Origin: Ignicoccus pacificus DSM 13166 | GTDB lineage: Archaea > Thermoproteota > Thermoprotei_A > Sulfolobales > Ignicoccaceae | Length of the DNA: 32,000 bases | Assembly (NCBI GenBank): GCA_025340205.1 | Contig: CP006868.1 | Span: forward strand, 510,001-542,000 | Reading direction: 5' to 3' | Shown here: piece after piece, positions 17,745-24,854 of the stretch | Numbering within the stretch: the first letter of the stretch is position 1 | Layout of the letters: each line of letters starts with the position of its first letter | Notes under the pieces: generated by a model | What the model was told of the DNA's origin: nothing | The model's database searches: none | Seen by the model: the letters and a program-made list of their open reading frames with translations, nothing else | Translations under genes and position numbers: made by a program

Positions 17745-17935
17745 ACTTTTAAGGATCCTTTCAGAAGCCTCCCCGGAAAGTGCCAGAGGGTAATGGCAAG
17801 ACAGCCGCACTGTCAGCACAAGTCCCAGGAGGGCACCTCGAACCTATCGTGTATTGGCTTGCTCACTCGCAACCCTTGAGGTCCCGTTAGGGAAATTGCT
17901 ATATCCTACCCTTCCCTCTCCTGGAAGCGGTGCAA
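17745..17935 (+). other. GC-rich ~190-nt element embedded in AT-rich spacer directly upstream of the ATPase gene; candidate structured RNA or leader. Strand and function are unknown
   Basis: There is a sharp composition switch from the very AT-rich 17296..17744. Nested helices can be drawn by eye: GUGCC 17780-84 with GGCAC 17832-36, GGG 17788-90 with CCC 17824-26, GC 17796-97 with GC 17816-17, GACAG 17800-04 with CUGUC 17810-14, and a second stem CCUCGA 17836-41 with UUGAGG 17876-81. Confidence 0.25.
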
Positions 17936-17938
17936 TGA

Positions 17939-19393
17939 GTGAGTTCAAGGACGTTCGCAGAGATTGAATGGGCTTCCGTGTGTTTTCCTAGTTACGATAA
18001 AAATGGTAATCCAAAGTTAAATCCAGACGAACTAATATGTACCCATTACAAACCAGCTAATGGCAAGTCTATTCCTATAAAGAAGCTTACCGTGCTCTTT
18101 GGCCCCAACAGCACAGGTAAGACGAACTTCCTGCTAACCTTTCACCCCTTCGTTTCTCCTCCTCTTGGCTGTGATGAGATCACCTTAGCCTTATTGAAAC
18201 TATTCTCGGTAGGCTTCGTGAATCTCAAGTGGCCCCTTCCTCTCTTCAGCATCTCAAAGGTGTACATAGATGGTAAGGAGCTATATTTAATGTGGGTGAG
18301 GTTTTCAAAGGATTTATTCCAAAAGGAAAGTGAAATAGAAAAGTTAATCAAAATATTATTTAATAACGACCAAAACAACTCTGTTTTCAAAAGAGTAGAA
18401 GTGAGACAAAATGATCCGGAACTTAACCAAATTTATCAACGTAAAAATGAAATAATTGAGTACATACGAACCGTGCATATACCCAATCAACAGTCAAACA
18501 CAGATCCTATATTCCTCATACCTGGAAGAAATAGAGTTAGAGATAGAATATATACGTTCACCTTCCTCAAGGAAGGTAATAATGTCAAGATTTTGAGCAA
18601 GGGGATCGTATCCGGTTCAGTCAGATGGGAGAGAAGCAACTGCGTGATTCCTCCTATCTCTATTGGATATTCCGGTCCTCACGTTTCATTAGTTAGGACC
18701 GCATCAAGAGGGATCTTCCGTAATTGGAATAAAATAAAGGATCTTATCGATAAGGATGAGAGTTCGATAGTTGACTTCTGTAAGAACGTCCTGAAAAGCA
18801 AGGGCGAGGATTTCTGCATTAAGGAGCTGAAAAGCGGTGAGATGCTTGAATCTACCTTTGGATATGGTTTTGTTCTTGATGATCAAACAACCGTCCCTCT
18901 TTGGAGTATGGGAGATGGATTTAGGGGAGGGGCTGTACAGCTGTCAATACTCGACGCTCTCTCAACTTCTCATAAAATACTAGGGTCACCAAACAAGAAG
19001 CTGTTTGTATTGGATACACCAGAGGCCTTCATGCATCCGGAGCTCGAGGAGTACTTGGCTTCGCAAATAGCCTATGAGGCCTCAAGGACTGAGGATCTTT
19101 ACGTCGCTACGGCGACGCAGAGTATGGAATACTTCATACTTCTATTAAGCAATTTCTTCACATCTTATGGCATTAATGTTGGTGATGAGGACAAAGCAAG
19201 AGAAAGCATTTCCGTCCTATTGTTTGGAAGGCCCGGTACACATCATGGGGAGGATATTGAAGTTAACATAACGGAATTAGAAATAACGAAGAAACAAATC
19301 GAAATGGATTCACCTATCAAAAACGTTTCAAAGCATTTTACTATCCTAGAGTATTTGAACTTGGGAATTGATATACGTTTCCTAAAATATTGA
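17939..19393 (+). CDS. ABC-type ATPase of the AAA_15/AAA_21 (OLD/AriA/AbiLi-like) kind
   Basis: Walker A is LFGPNSTGKTNFL (GPNSTGKT at 18101..18124). A signature-like loop is WSMGDGFRGGAVQLSIL. Walker B is KKLFVLDTPEAFMHPE (19001..). The H-loop position reads LYVATATQS. A long insertion between Walker A and the signature is typical of SMC/OLD-like ABC ATPases. The gene starts with GTG and is AT-rich. Confidence 0.8.
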   Translation: MSSRTFAEIEWASVCFPSYDKNGNPKLNPDELICTHYKPANGKSIPIKKLTVLFGPNSTGKTNFLLTFHPFVSPPLGCDEITLALLKLFSVGFVNLKWPLPLFSISKVYIDGKELYLMWVRFSKDLFQKESEIEKLIKILFNNDQNNSVFKRVEVRQNDPELNQIYQRKNEIIEYIRTVHIPNQQSNTDPIFLIPGRNRVRDRIYTFTFLKEGNNVKILSKGIVSGSVRWERSNCVIPPISIGYSGPHVSLVRTASRGIFRNWNKIKDLIDKDESSIVDFCKNVLKSKGEDFCIKELKSGEMLESTFGYGFVLDDQTTVPLWSMGDGFRGGAVQLSILDALSTSHKILGSPNKKLFVLDTPEAFMHPELEEYLASQIAYEASRTEDLYVATATQSMEYFILLLSNFFTSYGINVGDEDKARESISVLLFGRPGTHHGEDIEVNITELEITKKQIEMDSPIKNVSKHFTILEYLNLGIDIRFLKY

Positions 19394-20466
19394 GAGGTGA
19401 GTGTGTGATGGACGACATAGCTAGGTACGTTTATCTATTTGTACCAGAAGGCGAAACAGATATAGTCACATTGAAAGTTCTCCTATTTTCATTTCTGAAA
19501 AGAAAAGATTTTGAGTGTAATAAAATTTCAAATAATAAAATGGGGGCTTTTCCCTCGTACTTAAGCATAACGAGAGTGTTAAGTGACTTGATGAAAGTTG
19601 CACCAACTAGTTCCCTAATGTTTTCGATCATCAGAAACATGTTGTATTGCAAGTCTGCCCAAAGTAAAAAGGAAGTAATCATAGTAATTCTACAACCTCT
19701 TTATCTATGGGGGAGAGGTTATGAGAGTACAGTAGCACACCTAGTGATGTACCTAAAAAGCGGTATATTACAACACAAATCAGTCCCCAAGAGATCCCTT
19801 GATACGCGCTTTGAGTTAGTAGGGGTTCTGGATATTGATGTCCTTTTACATAAACCTTGGAAGCCTTCACATGAGAAAAACGTCCATAATACCTTATCTG
19901 ATATATTACATAAGGTAGTCGATTCTGATGATAACTTTTACATAAAGGATCTCATTATTCAAGAGATTGAAGGGAAAAGGGTTTCAAGATTGGCCAAATT
20001 GATCTATGAGCCATCTTCTTCAAAACGTTCCTATGCATGGCTCTTGTTATGGGGTTACTGTAAGAACTTTAACTGCCATAAATCTGTAGAAGACATAGAA
20101 GCCGAAATGATAGGAGTAATAGCTAAGCAAAGTCAGGATAATAAGTATCGAGAAAGAGCTTCTCAACTACTTAAAGTTCTCAAACGCAGTCGAGATCCGA
20201 AAGGGAACCAAGGAGGTTGCGGAGGAGGTTGTCTGAGCCCTGTAGGAGGAGGTGCTTCGCTTCGATTGGATCTAATCCTACCTTTACAAACGCTGGCAAT
20301 GAGTTTAGGTGAAAAGCATCCAGTATCTCTATACGATTTTAAGAAATCTAAATTTGCCGGTATGAAACTTAACAAATTCTTGGATTCAATATACGATAAG
20401 GTAATCGAGGACTGTGAGCTGAAAGAGGCCTTAGAGGAGATCTTCAAAGAAGCGCTTCAAGGCTAA
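19390..20466 (+). CDS. Toprim-like (DUF4435/RloB/AriB-like) putative nuclease partner with a novel C-terminal extension
   Basis: The gene overlaps the ATPase stop; the TTG at 19390 is upstream, and the more likely start is the GTG-ATG at 19405/19408. Motifs are YVYLFVPEGETD (Glu at 19447), ELVGVLDIDVLL (DxD at 19831..19839), SYAWLLLWGY (20029..20058) and then GNQGGCGGGCLSPVGGG. Confidence 0.6.
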   Translation: MRGECVMDDIARYVYLFVPEGETDIVTLKVLLFSFLKRKDFECNKISNNKMGAFPSYLSITRVLSDLMKVAPTSSLMFSIIRNMLYCKSAQSKKEVIIVILQPLYLWGRGYESTVAHLVMYLKSGILQHKSVPKRSLDTRFELVGVLDIDVLLHKPWKPSHEKNVHNTLSDILHKVVDSDDNFYIKDLIIQEIEGKRVSRLAKLIYEPSSSKRSYAWLLLWGYCKNFNCHKSVEDIEAEMIGVIAKQSQDNKYRERASQLLKVLKRSRDPKGNQGGCGGGCLSPVGGGASLRLDLILPLQTLAMSLGEKHPVSLYDFKKSKFAGMKLNKFLDSIYDKVIEDCELKEALEEIFKEALQG

Positions 20467-20516
20467 AGGACCTCCTCCCTTTTTGCTTCCCTCCCTCCTC
20501 ACAGCAAGGAGCGAAG

Positions 20517-21272
20517 ATGATAGAGCTGGACGAGATCCTTGAGATCTTAGAAAACAGTTTGGGCCTCAAGGTGGGAGTCGAGGACGGCAAGATTAGGATA
20601 AGCGACGGAAAGGAGGAGGTGCTCGCGGAACCCGGTTACACCTTGCCAGCGATAGCTCTCTTCGTCGAGCCCCGGAAGGCGTGGAGCGTCATAAGAATAC
20701 TCTACGGAGATAAAGCCCAAGCGAAGAAGGCCTACGATGAATACAAGGAACTTCCTTACACCACCTCTGGAAAGGTCTGCTGGCTTCACAAGGCCTTGGC
20801 GAAGGCTGTAAATCAGAGAGTGAAGGGAGCTGACAAGGAAAGGGTACTCACCTGGCTCGAGGACCAAGTCTATAGGAGATGGCCCAACGTCTGCGGGGAG
20901 GCTGACAGCGCTCCAGAGCTGACGAAGCTGGTAACGGAGCTAAACTCCTTAGGCGTATCAGCTTCCATGAACTTAGACAAGAGCGAGGTCGAATTAAAGG
21001 TGAGGAACTATACCTTGAGGCTTCGGAGGAGGTCCCCGCAGTCCCTGAAGCTGATAAAGGAGCTCAGAAAGCTGGCTAAAGAGAATCATGAGATCATCCC
21101 GGACCTAGTGAAGCTTATGTCGGACCCAGCTAGTTGCCTGGACCTTGCCAAGGCTTTGAAGTTAAGGGAAGAATTAAAGAAATATCCAATGATAAGGGAT
21201 AAACTACTGGAAAGCGCTACCGCCCTCGCGGAGAAGATGATTAAGAGAACAAAGACTTTTAGTGAGGACTAA
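20517..21272 (+). CDS. Hypothetical protein (251 aa), helical and charged in the C-terminal half
   Basis: A long ORF with an ATG preceded by GGAG and with codon usage and GC like the flanking core genes. No family was recognised. Confidence 0.6.
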   Translation: MIELDEILEILENSLGLKVGVEDGKIRISDGKEEVLAEPGYTLPAIALFVEPRKAWSVIRILYGDKAQAKKAYDEYKELPYTTSGKVCWLHKALAKAVNQRVKGADKERVLTWLEDQVYRRWPNVCGEADSAPELTKLVTELNSLGVSASMNLDKSEVELKVRNYTLRLRRRSPQSLKLIKELRKLAKENHEIIPDLVKLMSDPASCLDLAKALKLREELKKYPMIRDKLLESATALAEKMIKRTKTFSED

Positions 21273-21323
21273 CTCACCTCCTCCCCGTATATACCCCTCT
21301 CCGGTCCGCTACTCACGATACCA

Positions 21324-22487
21324 ATGAAGAAGCTGCTGGCGCTCGTTGCTATAGCGTCCTTGGTGCTTCCGTTTCTTCCTAACGGAATATACGTGGCCGT
21401 CCCAGTCTGGATCGCCTTACTAGCAATAGGGTATAAGGTAAACAAGGCCTTCACTCTACACTTCCTATCGAGGTTGCTGGACGCCTTCATAGTGCTGTTC
21501 GTAGTGTTGATAATTACAGTTGCTATGTTCGGAGGTACTATAGCACAGATTAAGAAGCAGATGATTATTGATATGGTAAAAAGACAAGTAGCCAGCAATC
21601 CTCAGCTGGCCCAACAGCTAGGACCGAAGATCAAGGAGTACATCCAGCAGACGGCGGAGAAGCTGATCAAGGCGGAGGGATTGGATAAGCCTTGGTACAT
21701 GAACTTACCGATGTACTTGTCAAGCGTAATTACCCTTGATCTAAAGAGCCAAGTGCTGACCTCCAACAGCGGTTCGAGGCTTGTTAGGGACATAGTTATG
21801 GAGAGACTCCCTAGAACGGTCCTCCTCTTCACCACAGCTACCATAATAACGATAATAATAGGTGTCTTGCTAGGCCTTTTGGCGGCTAAGAAGAGGGGAA
21901 GCATCTTCGACAAGATAGTGACCGTCTTCGCTCTGGTGACGGCGAGCTTCCCAATGTGGTGGGTAGGTATGCTAATGCTGGAGCTCTTCTCCTACGAACT
22001 CAACTTGTTCCCATCAGGAGGAATGACCTCCGTGCCTCCTCCTAAGCAACCCCTAGCCTACCTAGCGGACCTCCTCTGGCACATGGCACTGCCGGTAATG
22101 ACTATTGTACTTGTTTCCTTCGGAGGATGGGCCTACGTGACTAGGAACATACTGCTAGGCGTACTGAAGGAGGACTTCGTGCTGGCGGCCAGAGCTAGGG
22201 GTCTGCTGGAGAAGACGGTGCTCTTCAAGCACGTCCTCAGACCCTCACTACCTCCGATAGTCACTATGATGGCGCTGAGCATCGTAGCGTCCCTCTCCGG
22301 AGCTATAATCACCGAGATCGTGTTCAACTGGCCTGGAATGGGTATGCTCTTCTGGGAAGCGATAGAGACCCTCGACGTGCCGGTGATACTAGGACTGACG
22401 TACATTTTCACCTTGGTCTTCGTTATTGCAATGCTGATCTTGGACATAGTCTACGCGATCCTAGATCCAAGGGTGAGGAAGGGGTGA
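21324..22487 (+). CDS. ABC transporter permease, Opp/Dpp (OppB/DppB-like) family
   Basis: The segment LSRLLDAFIVLFVVLIITVAMF is followed by a large loop. The EAA-type region LAARARGLLEKTVLFKHVLRPSLPPIVT and the C-terminus ILDIVYAILDPRVR are hallmarks of OppB-type permeases. There is an N-terminal extension of about 40 aa with extra hydrophobic segments. Confidence 0.85.
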   Translation: MKKLLALVAIASLVLPFLPNGIYVAVPVWIALLAIGYKVNKAFTLHFLSRLLDAFIVLFVVLIITVAMFGGTIAQIKKQMIIDMVKRQVASNPQLAQQLGPKIKEYIQQTAEKLIKAEGLDKPWYMNLPMYLSSVITLDLKSQVLTSNSGSRLVRDIVMERLPRTVLLFTTATIITIIIGVLLGLLAAKKRGSIFDKIVTVFALVTASFPMWWVGMLMLELFSYELNLFPSGGMTSVPPPKQPLAYLADLLWHMALPVMTIVLVSFGGWAYVTRNILLGVLKEDFVLAARARGLLEKTVLFKHVLRPSLPPIVTMMALSIVASLSGAIITEIVFNWPGMGMLFWEAIETLDVPVILGLTYIFTLVFVIAMLILDIVYAILDPRVRKG

Positions 22488-22493
22488 TGTGAG

Positions 22494-23852
22494 ATGGGGT
22501 TGTTCAAGGAGATTATGAGCCAAAAGGCGGGAGCCTTAGGAGTGATAATACTAGCCGTGCTGATAGCCCTAGCGATATGGGCCCCCATACAGTACGGCAA
22601 GTACTACGCCTACTGGAGGAACACCAGCTACTGGTCCCTCTACCCTAAGGCCGTCCCTCCTGACTGGGTGAGCTTGTTCTCTTCAAAGAAATTACCTCCC
22701 ACGATCTTCCTAAAGCCTTCCAACGTAACGCAGAAGTCGCTTTACCATGGCTTAGCAAAGGAAATAACCTACAAGTTCGAGGTTAACTTCAACTACGACG
22801 AACCACCGAACGACGTGATATTCGTGCTTAACGTGAAGTACCAGAAGCCGCCGGCGATAATGATTTACGTCACTAGACCGGATGGTGAGACCGTCAAGAT
22901 ATTGCAAGGAAGCGCTTCTAGCTTGAACAACGTCATACAGATAAACAATGATCAAAGTGTAAAGGACAACATCTACTCGTGGCTTCTCTCAAAGGGATTA
23001 AACGTAAGCAGTCCCTCGGCCATAGTCCCGACGGACGCCATATTCTGTAAGCTAAGTAACGGGTGCTGGAACAACCCTCAAGTACTGAAGGGTAAGTACG
23101 TATTCACCATCAAGATGATAGGATTAGGGAACTTCACCGCCAAACCCCTTGTGGACCTGACTGGAAAGACCTATGGACTTATGGGCACCGACGTCTTCGG
23201 AAGGGACATATTCATCTACGTGATGCTGGGCTTGCCCTACGGATTGGCGGTAGGTATACTGGCGAGCGTCATAGCGGCGTTCTTCGGTACCATATACGGT
23301 CTGGTGAGCGGATACTTCGGAGGAATAGTTGACAAGATAATGCAGAGGATATTGGAGATCTGGTATTCCATACCGGCGCTCCCTCTGCTAATACTCGCAG
23401 CGATAGTGTTTAGACCTAGCATATGGTTAATCACAGTGTTCATAGCAATATTCGCCTGGATGGGAGTGGGTAAGGTCGTCAGATCCATGGCCTTGCAGCT
23501 GAGGAACGAAGGTTACGTCGTGGCGGCGAAGGCAGCAGGAGCCTCTGATAGGTGGATAATGCTCAAGCACGTATTACCTCAGCTGTTGCCCTACACGATG
23601 GCACAAGTAGCTCTGGGAGTTCCCGGAGCTATACTAACTGAGGTGGGACTGGACTTCCTAGGACTGGGAGACCCTAACGTGCCTACCTGGGGTTGGCTAC
23701 TCCACGACGCCAACGTCTACGGAGCGACGGTGAACGGGTACTGGTGGTGGGTGATACCTCCGGGCCTGATGGCAGCGCTGGTGGGATTGGCGTTCGCGCT
23801 GATAGGCTATGCTATGGACGTCATACTGAACCCGAGGTTAAGGGAGAGGTAA
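22494..23852 (+). CDS. ABC transporter permease, Opp/Dpp (OppC/DppC-like) family with a large extracytoplasmic loop
   Basis: Motifs are LMGTDVFGRDIF, VAAKAAGASDRWIMLKHVLPQLLP and the C-terminal MDVILNPRLR. A loop of about 190 aa follows TM1. Confidence 0.85.
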   Translation: MGLFKEIMSQKAGALGVIILAVLIALAIWAPIQYGKYYAYWRNTSYWSLYPKAVPPDWVSLFSSKKLPPTIFLKPSNVTQKSLYHGLAKEITYKFEVNFNYDEPPNDVIFVLNVKYQKPPAIMIYVTRPDGETVKILQGSASSLNNVIQINNDQSVKDNIYSWLLSKGLNVSSPSAIVPTDAIFCKLSNGCWNNPQVLKGKYVFTIKMIGLGNFTAKPLVDLTGKTYGLMGTDVFGRDIFIYVMLGLPYGLAVGILASVIAAFFGTIYGLVSGYFGGIVDKIMQRILEIWYSIPALPLLILAAIVFRPSIWLITVFIAIFAWMGVGKVVRSMALQLRNEGYVVAAKAAGASDRWIMLKHVLPQLLPYTMAQVALGVPGAILTEVGLDFLGLGDPNVPTWGWLLHDANVYGATVNGYWWWVIPPGLMAALVGLAFALIGYAMDVILNPRLRER

Positions 23853-23889
23853 TTTTTGAAGAATGACAGAAGTTTTTGGGTAAAGAGGA

Positions 23890-24102
23890 ATGGTTCAGAG
23901 GTGTTGGAACAAGGGTCCTTTAGGTCCCTCTATAGGATGGGGCTCCTTCGTATTGTATTACTTCAACGATCCTAATGATAAGAACGTGAAGTACTTGAAG
24001 GAGAAATTCAAAAGTGCTAAGATAGTTAAGGTTGAAGACGTGAAGACAGATCCCGATTCCAAGGAAGTTCCCTTCAAGTACGCTCTAGTGTGGAGCTGGT
24101 GA
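23890..24102 (+). CDS. Small hypothetical ORF (70 aa); coding status uncertain
   Basis: This is only an ORF with an ATG start downstream of the permease genes. No motif was recognised. Confidence 0.25.
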   Translation: MVQRCWNKGPLGPSIGWGSFVLYYFNDPNDKNVKYLKEKFKSAKIVKVEDVKTDPDSKEVPFKYALVWSW

Positions 24103-24290
24103 GCCTCTTGACTGAAGTCGACTTGGGATCTTCCGCTATTTTCCTTTAAGATATCTCTTTAAGTGAAAGATCAGCAAATGAGAAAGCTCTAAGGTTATTT
24201 CAGCCATTAAGAAATATGAGAATCCTTCCTTATACCTAGAAGGCTTTCATCTCTTTACCCCTTATCAGAGTAGACTAAGGGCTTCAAACC

Positions 24291-24854
24291 TTGTCCCTCC
24301 TCGAAGAACTCCAAAGGAAAGCTAATGAAGAAAGCAAGTACCCAAACGATCAAGAGTTCTTGGAGAGGAAGGCAATTGATGTAGTTTACGAAATGCTCAA
24401 GGCAAAGGAACTGCTCGAAAAGGGAGATACTAGGAACGCAGCTGGCAAGGCCTTCCAAGCTTGGAAGGATTTGCTTTCATGCTTGATCTGCTTGAACTTG
24501 GATGAGCTGCTGAAGAGGGCGAAGGATGAAAGGGAGAGGAAGTGGATAAGGGAGAAGGCCGTGTTAGTTCCTACAAGCAGAATGGCTAGATTGGCTCAAG
24601 CTCTGGAAGAAATGGGAATAAGGAACGTATCTCCGTGGACGAATACCGCTATCAAGCTTCACTCCTACCAGTACAACGGACCGGATCCGGATGGAATATA
24701 CTTCGCTCCAAGGGATGAGGAGGAAGCTAGGGAGGACATTAAGCTCTTACTCGAAGCTGCTAAGGAGTACTTGGAGAGGTACGTTCTTCCTAACATTAAG
24801 GGAAAGAGCTTGGAGATGATAAGGGAAGGGATGAAGCTATTAGACTTTCCCTAG
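24291..24854 (+). CDS. PaREP1-like helical-bundle protein
   Basis: AKELLEKGDTRNAAGKAFQAWKDLLSCL and ...TNTAIKLHSYQYNG resemble the PaREP1 pattern (LEEGD..qAseKlWgAa..avKa ... LH.nFYe). The start is TTG and uncertain. Confidence 0.5.
   Translation: MSLLEELQRKANEESKYPNDQEFLERKAIDVVYEMLKAKELLEKGDTRNAAGKAFQAWKDLLSCLICLNLDELLKRAKDERERKWIREKAVLVPTSRMARLAQALEEMGIRNVSPWTNTAIKLHSYQYNGPDPDGIYFAPRDEEEAREDIKLLLEAAKEYLERYVLPNIKGKSLEMIREGMKLLDFP

Noticed and set aside
17745-17935. I considered whether the GC-rich element is a tRNA, SRP RNA or RNase P RNA (it contains GGAAAGUGCC, vaguely like the RNase P CR-I GGAAAGUCC), or whether it encodes the 36-aa ORF VPEGNGKTAALS... with a P-loop-like GNGKT.
   Set aside because: There is no T-loop GTTCRANYC and no cloverleaf. 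The RNase P and SRP conserved blocks do not line up beyond one short string. The GNGKT lacks the upstream [AG] of [AG]xxxxGK[ST], and the ORF is too short to support. It is kept only as an unclassified structured-element candidate.
18142-20447. Minus-strand ORFs inside the module genes (18142..18390, 18704..18886, 19431..19870, 20163..20447).
   Set aside because: They are antisense shadows in AT-rich coding sequence, with no independent support.
19390-20466. I considered whether the ATPase partner is an HNH nuclease (the Septu PtuB-like architecture) because of the CKNFNCH and CGGGC Cys pairs.
   Set aside because: There is no H-N-H spacing and no DHxxP-type motif. The N-terminal EGxxD, DxD and WLLLW order fits Toprim (DUF4435/RloB) better.
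20547-23488. Minus-strand ORFs 20547..20867, 21269..21598, 21602..21913, 22133..22447, 22752..22955 and 23237..23488.
   Set aside because: They are antisense to the 251-aa gene and to the two permease genes, whose family motifs establish the plus-strand frames.
10972-24854. Convergent 3' overlaps of gene pairs: RHH with proC at 10972..10988, and PaREP1-like with pstB at 24840..24854.
   Set aside because: Short convergent overlaps are common in compact archaeal genomes, and nothing in the sequence suggests antisense regulation.
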